Assembly (NCBI GenBank): GCA_977020255.1
Contig: CDROCS010002694.1
Span: 620,001-684,000 of the forward strand
Source of the DNA: Obrimoposthia wandeli
Lineage: Eukaryota
DNA length: 64,000 nucleotides
Reading direction: 5' to 3'
The notes beneath the pieces were generated by a model. It saw only the letters and a list, made by a program, of their open reading frames with translations, was not told the DNA's origin and made no database searches. Made by a program: the position numbers and the translations under genes. Positions 30,106 to 45,771 of this stretch are shown here, in pieces (positions within the stretch are counted from its first letter, which is position 1; every line of letters begins with the position of its first letter).

Positions 30106-33100
30106 AATATAGAATTTTCTAAATTGAATTAAAATTTACTATCTACTTATAATAATACGTATTATATAATTACATAATGTAAATTAGTACATATTATATT
30201 ACTATCTTTTGTAACTAGTAGAACGTTTACTTAAACATTTTGAAAACAAGTAGTCAAGCCTGAACATAAGGTATCTCCGTGTTGCTTTGAATCCAACTTC
30301 TGGCAACTGTTTCTTTATTTTCATAAACTATGTTTTAAATACTTATATTAAATAAATAATATTACAACTGTTTGTATTTTTTGTACCTATGTATGCAATA
30401 AATATGTTTACGTACTCAAATACTTGTATGTAATTATTAAAAATTTCCAACTACATGTATTTACTAAGTATTTTACTAAGTAATTTTTAAGTATTCTCAA
30501 ACTTTAACTCGAGTTTTCAGTGTATAAATTTTTAGTTAAATTAATATCACATGGTTAAATACATAATTTAGATATAAATATACAAATATCTTTATAAATA
30601 AACACATTTAAAATATCAAATACTCCAAAGCTCTATCATCAGACTAGATAATTCCAATGAAGCTATATGCACTTAATATAACTGGAAACATTATGATATA
30701 TTATATTCCAAACTCGTCTTTATCGTTTATTTAATTAAAATAAAATATATTTTCAACATTTTTATCATGTTAATCTAAAAATATCTTCATAAATAAAGAT
30801 TTAAAATATCAAATGCTCCAAGAAACTCGTGTCACATTAGCCGATTCTAATAAATATATCATATTGAAATTATATCAATTGCCTATCCAACTAAAAACCA
30901 GTCCTAAAACATTACACCTGTAAAATTATCTTAAATGTATATATAACTTTACACACAGCATTAAAACTTCAGAATATTAAAAGTAGGTAGGCCACGAAAA
31001 CCCCTAAGTTATAACTCTATATAACTTACTTTGTGGGTCTCCATATGAGAATTCTAAAGAGATATTTTAGAAAACCTCACACCTTAAATGTTCAATAAAA
31101 TTTTAAAAAAGTGTATTTTTAAGGAATAATGAAAGTTTTACATTGACTTCAATATTCATTTGATGACGTTTAAAATATATAGAAACAACTCTGAAATGCT
31201 ATCTGTGATAAAATACCTAATAGTTACAATAATAAATAATTATAAGCTTTTGCTTAATAAAAGAGTGATATCTAGAATGAAAATTCAACAAAGTATAAGG
31301 AGTAACTTACATAATATTTTTTAATATTTAAAGCTATTCCTATGATTCAAGTAATATTTTTGAATATTAAAATTAAACCTTAAATAAACATTTTTGAAAT
31401 TTATGAATCGAAAACTGAACACAAAGTATTTGTAAGATTTATGACTTTTATAAGATGTAAACACAAATATAATAAACTTTCTTTTTTAACAAAATTTGTG
31501 AGCTGGTTACTTTTTAGTTACATTAAAATATATTTATTATAAATATTTTTAAAAATAAGCCTTTAAGAATACTTTAAAATGTTTTTCATATTAGCAAATA
31601 TGTTTGACTACAATAATTTTATTAATAAAGCAAATTATAAATTTAATTTTTCTAAATCCGAAATCATTATAAACATCTGACTAATGTAATTTTAATAATT
31701 ATTTGTATTTGACCGATTTAACTTGAATTTTGAACTGTGAAAATCAACACCTGATTGAAAACCGGTTTCGAGTTTTAACTAAAAAATGTTTAGTCTTAAT
31801 TATAGACAAATAATTAAATAATTAAATTCAATATAGATCTACATATATCTCTACAAATCACTTGTGTTAAATTATAAAATCTATGAAACATTTTGCAACA
31901 GATCAGTGTATTCTTATAAAATTTGTTGAGTACGACGAGTACGGAATGAACATAATATGATCTAAATATATTTATTTACGCATAACTTTGTCATATATAT
32001 GTACAAATATATTGTTAAATAAAGGATTTTAAAATTGTGAAAGGCTCATGCATTTTGAAACCAAATAATGGATACCAATAAAATTTGTTGCACTTCATAA
32101 TATTGTAAATTTTTTCAATCTCTGTTTTTAACTTTTTAAGTTTGTAGGCAAGATTGACAAATATTGACGAAGTGTATTGACATTTAAGCAATTGAGCTAG
32201 ATATATATATTTTCGACTTATCCAGATGAGGTGCAAGACTTAATTTGACTTTATTGATATGTGTGCATCCGATTCTATTTACTTACTTCGATGCTATTTA
32301 AAAGTGTAATAGCTAAAAAAATAAATATTCAAATACTTTCATAAATCAAATAAAGCAAAGTTTTATAAAAAAGATTTTTTCAGTTGTAATAATAACTCAT
32401 GTAAATGTCAAAAGAATTTTTAGTTAAACATTAAGCTATATCAGCTATCAAGCATTGTCCATAAATCTATAAATCTAATCTTATCCATAATCTAAAAATC
32501 ATGCAGCTTTAATTTAAAATATTATTATATTTCAATTTCCAGAAATCATTAATTTATTTGATTCAAATTTATTATAAAGTCATCCTGTGGCTTCTATATA
32601 GCTCTTGTTACATCAAGCTCGAGAGAAACATATAAATGAGAAAATTTTTGTGAGAAAATGTTTTAGGAAAAAATAATGTTTTAAAATTTAATTTTTTTAA
32701 AAATCCGATTAATATTAATTGGTTCAATAAAATATCAATTAAGTCAAAATGCCAACGATTGAGCGGTAAGTTCCAAAAAGACCGCGACGACCAGCACTTT
32801 TAGCCGTTATGTTCTTATGGACTCATCAGGCGACCAAAGAGGTCTAATCTTCTATTGTGCAATAAATATTTACATCAAAATAGAAGATAATACAATTAAA
32901 TAAAAGGAAGTTTAAAATATAACTCGTCACAAGAGCCCAGATAGCGGTGTTTTCTCAGACTAGTTTTTCATCTCCTAACCAGCTTGCAAACTGAATTGCG
33001 CCACCGATACGAGAGGGCTGGTGGTGCAATTTAGCACGTGGGTGGCAACGATCAAAGACGGAGAAAGAAGAAATCGCTTTCTCGGGATCTCATCTGGAAT

Positions 33101-34098
33101 TTTTGACATGTTTGCATCTTTGCTATAAAAAGCAACAGTTTGAAACAAAATCACCATTATTAATTTCTAACTAATTATTTGTCATTTGAATAAAAGATGC
33201 CGGAGTTTGATTTATTTGCATTTGAAGAATATCAGACTGGAGAATCTATTCTAAAAATAGTTACATGATATCTGACATTTTCAGAGCGGGAATTATCATT
33301 TGGGAAAAAATTGATAGCATTATTTTTTGGACATATTTTTGGAGGAAATTAATTGTTTTTTTTGGAGCTAATATCCATTATATAGCTACATATGTCATTT
33401 TAGTATTTATATTATTGAATGTTTGTACCTGTATGATTTCGTAACTAATTGTCTTCATATTATTGCACAACAATCTGCATTTTCTCACAGTGCGCTTTAC
33501 TTAAAAAAGCACACAGAAAGAGGACGGCAGATTTTGGTGTTGAATATAATTTGAATAATCATACAGACTTAACAGTATTCATCAAATTTTAAATCCAATA
33601 TTTTTACAAAATATGTATAACATAGCAGAAGTGTGTTAAAAACAATCTCATATTTTAAATATTTTTGAATGATCTTTGTAAGCATAGGAAATGTATGTAT
33701 TGGAAATATCTGGAAAAGTAAACTATTCAGTTCAAAAGAATATGCTGTTTGATATGTTAGATAAGGGGTTTAATATTATATTTGAATTTATTTGACGTTT
33801 AATATTTTTTTAATTATTTGTGCTAATGTACACATAAGAATTTCAATAATGCTTAATAAAAATTTTGTTTATTATATTTTTTTTTAATATGGTTTAAAAA
33901 CAATATTTAAATCATACAAATAATGTTAAATTTTTAAATATACATCAACTTTCCAATCCCAAAAATAAACATATGATAATTTAAATTTTAGTATAATTTT
34001 AATATAACCGATTTCACATTAGATGATTGCCATTAAAAACTCGAGTTCTGATTAAAAAACTTTAAAATATTCAAAAAAATAACAAAAAAAATAAAACT

Positions 34099-37000
34099 AT
34101 GAATAACAGAAAAAGTCGTAACATTAGAAAATGGCAACCGATTGCAATAAATGGTTTAAATTCAGAAAAAAATTGTGAATCGATTTCACACAAAGTTACT
34201 GTAAATCAATATAATTTGAAGAACGAAAATACAATTTCAACATCTTTTGATACTTTAAAAGAATTGTTTCCTCAAATTTCGGATTCGAGTATAAAATTTT
34301 TGATGACTCTTGATTCTCAAAGTTTGAATGACATAATTATTAGTTTATATGATTTAAATCCGAATGAAATTGATAATAATATTAAAGAATTGAGTGGAAT
34401 TGAAAATAAATCAAACTTTGAAGAAAATATTATGAGTGACCAAGTATGTCTATTTATATACAGGATTTTTACTAATTTTAGTACCAATATTGTAAATCTT
34501 GACAAGATTATAGTTCAAAATAGTAGTTTAGCATTTGTTTTTCATAGATTCTGGATGAGCTGGCAGACACTGAGACTGACTCAGAAAGCGAGGATAGTGG
34601 CGTTTCAAGTTTCCCGTCTGTTGAAGAAGAAGCAGTTATGATAAGTCTTGAGAATACAGCAGACGCAGAACAGTGTCTTGTTTTGGGTCGTGTCTTCTTG
34701 GAACAGGCTCACTCCCTCTTTTCGACAGATTGTGGAACTGGAGACATTGACATCGGTGAGAAATATCAACCCAGAAGTTTTAACTATCCTTAATCTTTTG
34801 AGTAATTTGGTAATGTACAATGATTGACGTTACCTATCGCCCATTACTACGTTAAAAAATTTGCTATGGGAATATGAGAATGAACCTCTAAAAATACAAG
34901 TATCATTAATCGCTGCAAATAAATTGAGGTCAAAATGTTTTGTTAAAATAGGAATACGAACATAGGAGACAAAATATCAAATACCTTAAAGTTATTTTAC
35001 ACCTAATCCAACTGATTAGTGCCGTTGTAAAGTCGCTCCACCGGCAAAGTCGGCACTCCATCATATAGTATAAGATGAGATTAATAATAATACATAGTAA
35101 AACTTACCGATAAAAAACAGCATCTATCCAAAATGAATGTTGCCGTGAAAACTGAATAATTAATTACTATAGAAGGCATACAGCCACACACCTACAGGCA
35201 GGAAAAAATTGTTTGTGATTTTTTACTATAGGGTGTGTTAACAAATTGAATAGTGCCGCTTTTTCGATTAAAATACATAGATAATATACCCCTAACGATG
35301 AAAGGATGGTAGTTTAAGAACTATTAAATGTTTTATGAAGATTCGGAGATTAAGTTTTATAATATTATATTTTAAAAAATCTTTAGGACTGACCGTAACT
35401 CCGATGTTAGTCGTTTTTCAGAGAAAATCATAGGAAAATGTAGTTTTCTTCATACTTTAGAATATTCTCTGAGCTCAAAGAAGCCTGGATTGAAGCATGA
35501 GACTAGCTTCTTCTTTTTATAAAAGAGCGCACAGTCAGGGCAATTGTTTGCAAACTATATAAGCAAACTAATAATATCAGCAGGGGCTCCACAGGAGTAT
35601 CAAAATCCAAAAACGGCGGTGAATTTGTTATTGTAGAGGCGGTATCAAAATCCGTACACGACACTGATAGATATGGCTCAATTTCTCGGATCTCACAATT
35701 CAATGTTTGGACAAAGATGACATTTTTGGTTCCTGAGTTCATTTTAATAAAATAATCACCTTTTCTTGTCTTAATCATGTATAATAATCCAATTTAGCTC
35801 TAAAATTATTTAAAAAACACATAAAAAGTACAAACTTACGAGTCAGCGGCACTAAACATATTGCTATCGACTTTGATTAGGTGTAGCTAAAATAGGTCGT
35901 ATGTAAAATGTTTTTATATTGCAAATTAATTTTTTATATATTCTATAAGAAAAAACCTTTTACGTCTGTCTTTTCTAGATAAAGCATGTTATGAGTTTTT
36001 TAATTTGTCAATTTACTGGCCTCGTGTTTTTCAAGTTTTATATTTTTATTGATTTTTACAGGTCAGATGCCACTAGCAATTACTGAAATGGGTTGGCGAC
36101 CGCCTCCCCTGTTGATGCGATCAATTTATCGAGGATTCCTAGAGCACATTGGAGTTCTTGGTCCAGACGAAGGAAAACTTGTTACAGTTAGACATCTGAA
36201 AACAGTGAGACTTTGCAATATATTTGATTATTGGCCGATTATAAATTTATTTCTCATTAAATTAAGTTTACGACCATCTCCTTTTCATCAACATTTTAAA
36301 AAGTATTTCGGTAATAACCAAAACTCAGACCTGTCTTAATGTCCCATTGAATTAGTGTAGCTCCAAAATAACGTAAAATATATTTAATGTAGCATGGATT
36401 TCTTAATGAATATGATTAGATTTTTCTAAATTTAATACAAATTTCCGATGAGCTATTTTGAGTATGCAAAACTGGCGATTTGGGATGAAACAAAAAATTG
36501 GAAATAAGTCAACTCAACATTATCAGTACTTCTAATCATTCGCTTTACCAGATACAACTACGCTCCAAACTTATATTATCATCATTTTCCTTCAGATTAT
36601 TTGAACAGGGAATTTCTATAGATTCGTACCGATATGAATGTGGCTTTAAAATGAAACATTTTTAAAATTCAAAAATAAGCCAGTTAACAGCAATATAATG
36701 GAAACGTTAAATGTAAGTTCCCTAAAAACTAAAGATAACTAATTTCAGATCATAAAATGTCAATTGTAAGAGAAAGAGAGAAAATTGATTTATTCAATAA
36801 TTCCATCAGTCAAGAAAACTTTCCAAAATAGAAACAAATGGCAATGTGCATTGTAGCTGCTTTTAGAGCAACCTATCACTGTGAATCATTCTTTCCAAAC
36901 TAAAAAAAGTTAAATCAAAGTATCGTAACAAGCTACGTAAAAACTACCAATGCATATAAAAAATTCAAAAGCAATTTCCCATAAAATAAAATCGAGTATC

Positions 37001-40000
37001 TAAAATAATTTTTGTCAATTTTATACGTCCTCTATGAATCTGAATTGTCTTTTCAGCTCAATATATGTTTTCGGTTGGAGAACGCTGGTCTAGTCTAAAT
37101 ATATAACCTATAAATATTCATCATTCACACAACAATTGGCCAATCGGCAAAACAAAAAAAATCGATTGCAAACAAAACACGAAAGTGCATATTATATAAA
37201 TTCCAGTCCTAATTGGTCAGTTCAAATTTGGGTTTTTGTGGATTGTGAACATTTGCTGAATCACAATGTACCTTCAAATCTGATAATTACTATTAATTAT
37301 ACATTACGATAACAATCATGGCAGTCATTCAAATAACACTTCTTTTAAATGCAACTTTTTAAAAGTATTCTTATGTTTGTATGAAAAGTAATAGTTGAAA
37401 CATTGTAATGGTTAATTTGTATCTAACTTTGTAATCTTAATTATCTTTTAAATTTATAGGACAGTAAAAACAATTTATTTTGGAGTATGTACTGCAATTT
37501 ATTGTGCATTGTAAGGGAGTTTAAGAACATCGGCCAATTAATTAGGAAAATTTTAATTTTCACAGCCTGAAACCTTTTCTGTTAGCCTATATATAGTTGG
37601 CAGTCTTTCATTTTTTCTAATTTTTCATTCATCAATGTGTTATTGAAAATAAATTCGATTGTAATTCAAAACTGAATATTTATAAAATAGCTGATTTCTG
37701 TTTATACAGGAGTCAACACCATCAGCGTCGGAGTTGACGTCGCTGCGCGAGGTTATGCAGATCGAAGAGGCAGTGGACCGCTCGCTGGACTGTGACAGAG
37801 CTCGCATTGCTCAAGACGAGAATCTGAAGCTACAGCTGGCTGGTCTCGCTATCAACTACCCCGGTTTCTCTGACGCTGAGCTGGAGTTAACCTTCATCCA
37901 ATGCGGGTTAGTCTATACACACTCCCAGTAGAAGTAAATTAAATCAATGATAAAAATACGCCATAAACAAAAAAAATATCTTGGCTGTTCTGACGTCAAG
38001 TTTAGCTAATAAAATTTTCATTGCCATATTATAAATCCTCAAATGTTTGTCCGAACAATTGCAATTTTGACTAGAAACACGTATCCAATATTAAGCATAA
38101 CAGTATAACTCTATCGAGCATATTTTTCTGCGAAAAACGTAAAAAGAGTTTTCCTGCATCAAGTAATTCTCTGCAGTCGTTGCTCATTTAAGAATGTAGA
38201 CAAAATTTGCTTCAACTACATGTAAAATACTTGTATGTTTGGGCATTTTTCGACTTCATTGATTTTTTTATTTTAAGTACACATATTTATTTAAAACATA
38301 TTGAACGACGAGGTAAATTAATTTAGTAGAATCTTGATTATCCGGATTCAAAATTTAATGACTTTGCTTGATCTTTACAGAAGCTATTTGATGAACAGCA
38401 AATCTCTGACTCTTTGTGGGATTTAGATGATTTGTAAAGAAGCAGTGTCATACGTCATATCGTAATATTAAATACATTATTTCCGCTTTTGATTTATAGT
38501 ATTTCATTAATTCTCATTCTCCGGATGACCGCAAACACGGATTAATCTGGATAATCGAGGTGCTACTGTTATTAAAAATACCACAAGTTATTGCCGACCT
38601 AGTTCACCTTAGTGTTGTAATTGATAATTGCTGGCTAATGTTGCACATCGAGTCGATTGTGGTGGAGATCAAAGGTTACTCTTGTTGATTTGTACATTGG
38701 TCAACTTGTAGGTGAGCGACTCGACTCGGAAATTAACGAAGCCAAATTACTGTTTCACGTTTATTGCGACTTCTACTAAAACACAGTCACTTTCACAATA
38801 TCGCCATTTTAGAAAATGTCAAATTTATAGTCAATTTTCTAATTACTTTTAAAACAATATTTTTTAATATCGAGTGAATTCTTTTGTTAAAAGATAATTT
38901 TTATTATAACTCAAAAACACCAGAAATAATGATAATCAAAATCCAAAACTGATTTTTTTACCAGTCTCGACATAACGTCTACCAATGCTGCACTAAAGAA
39001 AAAAGGATTCATAAAAGTGCCCATTTACAAGAAGAAACTGGAACCGAAAGAAGTGTTACAATCTGTAAGAAAACAGAAGGTAAGTGCGATTTGTATCGTT
39101 TAAATTTGTTCAGAATATCTTCGGGTGCATAGTTTATTAATTCATTAAATATGTTGTTTACATACAAAGTTTAAAAGTATCAACACAACACATTATAAGA
39201 TGAATATATACGATTGAGATCGAAAATTTCACGGTTTTAAAACACCGAAATCATCATAATTTTTCTGATGAAAAATGAATGGTTTTGGAAACTGTAAAAA
39301 CCATATAAATAAAATCATATCCTCGACATGAAAGTTGAAAACATTTTTAAAACAAAACCGTGTAATTCAAAGGGTCTGCAAGTGATCGAAGTGTAGAGAG
39401 CATTCCTAATTGCGTAGTAGTTAAATTGTGGATCATTCTAAATAGTGTAAAAATACAGTGATTTTAGATTAATTATTCTGAAAGAAAAGTTGCTGAATCG
39501 TTATTAAATTAACAACAATGACCTAACTTGAACAATAAAGGTGTAAGCTTCAATATTAGGATAGTTTGTTGAAATATTACAGCTGTAAATTGATTATGGT
39601 GTGAAATTCACCGAGTGTATTTTTAAATGTATTTATATATTAAGTTAATTTTAAAAAGTATTCATTTCTAAAAGATATGTTGGCTCATTTAGTGCCTTCG
39701 TCTTTTTATTTTCTTTAAATCTATCTGATACATATGTGTTAAATGTACCCTGAACTTCAAAGTCATAATAAAATAGTAAGATAATGAAAAGTTGTATTAT
39801 AACTATAAAATAATAAAGTTATAAATAGATAAGACAGTTTAATTCCAATGTGGCTTCCATTTTCTGTAGGGCGTATACATTCATCTCCCACAGTTTGATA
39901 TACTTTTACACAGTTCACCGGACAAGATACCAAATTTTGGAATCAACAGTATGTGGATAGGTCATTACACAAACTCCTTGAGCTGCTCCAAATAATTTAA

Positions 40001-41715
40001 CAAATTCCTCAATTTGAGAAATCTAAATTCTTTACAAGTAACGCCTTCTATTGTTAAACGTTGCAGCATCACGATGAAATTATCGATTATAAAAAGTAAA
40101 TTGTGGCTACCCTGAAAATAGATTAAATTAATTATCTAGTATTTCATAATTTTGTATATATAATTCAAATGACTTTTGGAGCTGGTGTGTTTTCGGTCTG
40201 AATACTTATAAATTTTATATATATATATATTTTGCTCACTTCAAACTTTTTCTTAAACTCAACGTTTCCGACTATATAAATGAATAGAATATGTCTATGA
40301 ATTTAATTTTTTTAAATTTACCAAAATATTTTACATTCAGTTTTAAATTGATAAACTTCAAGACAAGATTTGTTCATTCCAGTTGCCATCTTGGCAGTCC
40401 AATATTAGTGTTTTCACTCTTTATTCGCTATTTCATAAGATGGTTAATTTAAAGTTTTTTTTATGATCGCTAATGATCCCATAGAACAAGCTAAAATAAG
40501 GCAAAAAAAATATTTTACAAAATATTGAAAATAAACGACACATTAGAAACAATAATATATTTATTTGTTTTAAAACAAAATGTCAAATTTTGAGATTCTA
40601 AAATGGATATTTTTGTCAATGAAAAATAAGCTTCATTCTAGAGTTCCTGGAAAAGCCCAACTGTAACTATAATTTAAAAAGTTTACAGTATCAAATGGTT
40701 ACAAAAGATGAGATAACGAAGGAATATGAGGGTTGAACTTGAAACATGCATTCAATTATTTAAGTAAGATTGGACAAGCTAGTGTTGAGTCTGAAAGATA
40801 ATTCTCTGTAGATTTGCTCATGCTCATAAAATCACTTCCGTCTAAATGATGAAAGTATCGATAGTTAAGTTTCCTCAAAGCCCACTAAGAAGAACGATTA
40901 ACTAAAAAGGATTATATACAATTAAATAACATTTTCTGATCTAACTTTAGTTTTCAAATTAACTGCGTATTATGTATATTATGGTATATTTTTAATTAAA
41001 CACAATTTTTATACTTTTACGTATACCTTTTTATACCTTTGTCATATATTTCGTTTATTGTCTTATTATTAACTGATAAATGATTTATTATTTCACAATC
41101 GCCTTTCATTATTTTGACACGATATTGAATTAGTTTTGAATTTAGACCCATTGCTTCTCCCTCACATCCTTATTGACGCCTTACAAATCTTACTGTACAC
41201 AGCCGCCAGACTGCACCGAGGAGCCGGAGGAAGACCACGCGGAGCGCATGGCACGCCTTCAAGTGCGCTTGGACCAGCTTCGGGGCCAGCTGCAGCACTG
41301 TCGGGGTCAGCTGGTGCAACAGAGCGCGGGCTCCGGGACGCGACACTACTGGCGGGAACGGCTTGTGGGGTTGGCAGCCCAGGTGACCTGGTACCGACAT
41401 CAGCTGGGCCTGGCGGTGGTAGCGCAACGCCGCCTTGTTCATGGTCTCTTGGAGCTGGACCTGCACCATCTGGGTGCCCGCACCGCTCTCGCCTCTCTCG
41501 ACACTCGTCTTGCCGAGCTTGCCACATCCGACCGCCGCTCTCTCCTGCACGGTCATCATCTCCGCATCATCTGTGGCCGTGGCTTGCACTCCCCAGGTGG
41601 TCGGTCCCGCCTCAAACCGATCGTACGCCGCCACCTCCTGGACCTCGGCCTGCCCTTTCAGCAAAAACTGGACGGTGTCTACTTCGTGCCTCTTAAGAAG
41701 ATTCAGGTCAAATGA
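34099..41715 (+). CDS. Host CUE + Smr endonuclease gene (Cue2/N4BP2/NONU-1-like), 525 aa, six exons: 34099-34443, 34548-34755, 36062-36204, 37710-37906, 38965-39079, 41146-41715
   Basis: All junctions are GT-AG and phase-compatible (1578 nt). CUE-like LKELFPQIS; second CUE/UBA-like LAINYPGF..FIQCGLD; Smr LDLHHL..IICGRGLHS..LKPIVRRHL. The exon 3 donor is the least certain. Confidence 0.8.
36560..36950 (+). mobile_element. hAT (Buster/Charlie-like) transposase C-terminal relic in intron 3
   Basis: AAFRATYHCESFF..LKKVKSKYRNKL. Confidence 0.6.
40600..40900 (+). mobile_element. hAT dimerization-domain relic in intron 5
   Basis: ASVESER.FS...RLNDESID..FLKAH across frameshifts. Confidence 0.55.
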
Positions 41716-44129
41716 GTCTCACCTGCTCTGGTCGCTGTATATATGTGGGATGCTATTTTCTTATATATCCGTATCATCATTATCTCTGGGATCAACCCGT
41801 CGTAACATGATTGGACATGTATCTGATCAAATTCTATTTCAATTACAAACCATTACGCTGTCATTCGTATCATATTCGACTGTATGTCCAGAGTATGTAA
41901 TCAGGGAACATTTATGAAAAAATCTATGGCATGGAAAATAACTAAACAATTCACATTATCATAATGCAACTATTTGGTTTATTGCAATTGTGAAGCAAGT
42001 TTTGGCAAGGTTACATTTAAGAAACATTTGTTGATAACGAATAACGACTATCATCATCTGTTAACAATTTCAAAAAGTAGAATTCAACATCCTAAGCCGG
42101 ACAATCGGTGTCATTTCTAAAATAAAAAGGTGCAAACAATATCTTTGCATTTTAGAAAATTTAATTTCTTACTTTTTATTTTCAATCTTTCATAAAATTG
42201 CTAACTCAAATTGAAGTTAGATGTTTTCATTACAAAGTAATTACAATAATAACAATTAAGCTCATATAAATTGTATTTTAAATCTTTGAGCCATAAATAA
42301 GGTTAGATCTTTCATCAAAGTTTGAAAATGGAACAAAATATTAATTTAGTTTTCTAAAATGTAAAAATTATTCATTTTATTGTAGATATCGATTTTCTTG
42401 CTTACTTTGTTGAATTCTTACTTTATGAAACATCTATATACTTTCATTTATTTGACTACTATCAATATTGTCACTCATTTATTACACTAACGACTGATTA
42501 TTGTATTTTGCATTATTACATAAAGAAATGAAGGAATTATTCACACCAAAAGTGGACAAAACTACTTTGACGGAAGACCACTTTGATTCTACCATGTTGT
42601 TGGTCCTCATTACTCGATTAGAAGAGAACTTATCCTAGTTCCAGTGTCATGAATAAAACTTCCAATATGTTTGTCATGAAATACTCCAAAGAAATATATT
42701 TCAACCTGAAAGTGAAATATTTCTTTTTATACTTTTAATCAATGTTAAAACAATTATAAACGCAATAATGATTACATGTTTTACAAATACAATCTATTGC
42801 AATTTAATTAAAAGCTCATTACAGTTTTATCATGTTTTGTTCATATTATTTTTGTAAGAAAGTACGATCATAATATACAAAAAAATCAATATTTAAATCA
42901 CAGATTTTCTTCAATCACGATGCGACGGATGTTTTTTTCTAATATTTTTTGTTGTTTCGTGTATGTTTGAATTCGTTTTTTGTTGTATTTACTGGATCAA
43001 AGTAAATGTGACAGATTTCATAAACATTGAAAGTTTCAAACATCGGTGTATGTTATTATTGTTTAACAAGTTTTTTGAAGATATAAATTTATGTCTAACT
43101 TTGTTAGACTAAAGCCTTTTTGTAATAAAACTGTTTAAATTTTCAATAAATAAAACTACAACTATTATTTTTCAACTTTGTCTTTGAAGTTAAATAAGCT
43201 CTGAAATGAATCTGCTCGCGTTTGTTTTGATTCAAAGTTATGTTTGATCTAAGCTGTATATCACACTTTATTTATTAACCGTCCTCCTTTTTTGTTGTAA
43301 TCTTATGTATTTTTATAACAAACCATTGTTTATGTATTTCGGATTTGGTATTCGTTTCTCAATATAAGAGATTTTACTGCACATGGCACACTTGATTGAA
43401 ATGACAGATTTTTCTATTTTCTGATTTGTGAGATTGCATGTTGAAGCCTTTGATGGTTGTAGTGGCTCCTAATTTGTAGCAGCTCCAACACTTGCTTCCA
43501 TCTATTTTTATTAAACTTATTAGAGTTCTTTTGTGTGTTTATATTTATTTCAGAGATGATGAACTATTTTTAATTTCTTACTTTGTTACTTTACTACAAA
43601 TATATTACTACAAATTTTGTTTCGATTTTTATTTACTTTTATTGAATATTTTCTAACCTAGAAATTTTCAAAGCATTTGCTATACAATTTAATTGAAATA
43701 CAATGTAATTTTCTATTTTTTCTTTATCAGAGAAAAGGTATTAAAGTATGTCTAATGTTAGATATATATAATATTTTTTTTAATAAATTGAGGCTTTTAG
43801 AACTGGTTTTCTGTACTATTTAATTTTACTTATGAACAATTATAAAGTTATTTTTTGTCAATATTTAGTAAAAAAAATTGTTTTTATTAAATGGTGTAAT
43901 AATAATTTATATTGATTTAGTAGTTTGAGGCTGTTTAAATTTATTTCTATGTGTACACCTTTTGCTTTCAAAACCTTTACACGTATAGTAAACTTGTGCA
44001 GAACAATCAGTAAGTTAATAGTTAAATGCGCCAAGAAGAGTGAAACAATGAGATCCAAATGTACTGTTTTGCCCGAAATCAAAGTCATTTTAAATCATGA
44101 TATAATAAGTTAGCAGATAGGTTCTTAGT

Positions 44130-44880
44130 GACTGCTTGACTTTAGGAATTACTGTTAAGGTTTCGAGATTTCTCGTCTTTTGAACCTCACTTTGCATTAT
44201 TCTCAGCATCATTCAGCTTTGACATTTCTAAGACAGAAGAAAGCCTGTATATGGAACTTTTAGAAATACAGTCAGATTCTATGCTCAAAGTATTTTGGAC
44301 TGAAAATTTCGGATTTCTTTTTTACCTTCTTGAAAAGTATGAAACTTCAGCAAGTTTGCAACGAAGATTATGGCAATGTTCGGTTCTACGTATACATGTG
44401 AACAACTATTTTCCTTTATGAAATCAACAAAAACGTAACAGAGAACAAGTCTAACTGATCAACACTTGTCATATCTAATCAAAGTTGGGACCACTCAGAC
44501 CTTTTAGGCATACATACAAAATATTGTAAGAAAGAAGAGGTGTCAAGTCTTAGAACAAACCAGTAAAAATATTGTTGAGGTATAAATTTTTTTTTTTTCA
44601 TTTTTAATTTTTTTAATACTTTTATTAATTTTGTATATTAAAAATGTTTTACAATCTATAATTTCATTTTTCTTGTTAATTTACTTTATTACTTTGCATT
44701 CATGGCTGTAGCTGAAGTTTATAGGCTATTATTTATATATACTTTGTATGTTTATAAAAAAAAATTTAAATAATAATTTCTCATAAATAACTTTAAATAG
44801 TAGCTACGTGAGGTCCCATACCAACACAAACATAACTATGTGGCCCTTGGGGAGAACTGAGTTTGACATGACTGCTTTAT
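44130..44880 (+). mobile_element. hAT (SPIN/GTF2IRD2-like) 3' relic
   Basis: MAMFGSTYTCEQLFSFMK..RTSLTDQHL; right-end-like GGCCC..GTTTGACATG.CTG. Confidence 0.75.
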
Positions 44881-45771
44881 AGTGAAATGACTTTTTTGAA
44901 CGGCCTATCCTTTTCGTCTCAAAAAATATCTGAGATAAAAGTTATGTGTTTTCTTATGCCTCAGTGTAGTTTTATTTGTTCGCTTATCTATAGAAAAAAA
45001 ATTCTGCTAAAAGCGTAGGGATATTCTCTAATCGTATACGGGCAGAAATATTATTAAAGCGTATAAGGATTATATTTTCCTTATGCGTCTAATTAAAAAA
45101 GATTTTATTATAATCAAGGATGTAAATCAAAATATCAAACAAATTCATTTAGTAACCTTCGAATACTGCCATTCTTAAGATATCAATTTTCTTATAATTT
45201 TCGTTTGACATCAGATTTAATTTTCGGATTGTTTGCCTTGATATTAATTGTATTACTGGTTTCATTATTGTGGTCAGTACTGATCAGTATAAGCATCTTT
45301 TGAATTTATGTTCTGAATCCCTACTACAATTTATCAATGAATAAATAAAAACAATTGTAAAAAATTTAGGTGTCGGCTGAAAATTTTATGAAAAAAATAC
45401 GAAAGATAATATATATCTTGGAACACAGGAGGCACTTTTGATAATAATAAATTCTCAGTTTCTTCGACGTTTAACTCGAAATTAAAGTTAACTACATATT
45501 TTATTTCTTCAAAGCATTTTTAAAATTAAAAAATCAGTTTAAAAATTCAAACTGAAAGTAACTTAATCAATTTTTAGATTTGAAAACAGCATTTTAATTG
45601 TAGAAAAAATGTGTTATTTAATTTTTTAAATATCTGCACTGGTTCAGTAGCATTTAAAATAGACTTTATCAAAAATATCATAAGATCCAATAATAAAAAG
45701 GAAAACATTTGTAAAAATGCCTAAATTTATTTTACTATCATTACTGGTTCAACATGTGGTGGGTCAGTGAA

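Noticed and set aside
30200-33260. Possible minus-strand host gene (exon-like stretches near 30233-30330 and 32978-33157)
   Set aside because: Could not assemble a phase-consistent model or recognise any domain.
35018-35850. Possible DNA transposon bounded by TAGTGCCG inverted ends, including ORF 35503-35778
   Set aside because: Inverted match is only ~8 bp and no transposase motif was recognised.
41136-41917. Alternative-frame and antisense ORFs over the GC-rich exon
   Set aside because: Shadow ORFs of the GC-rich Smr exon (frame of 41173-41715).
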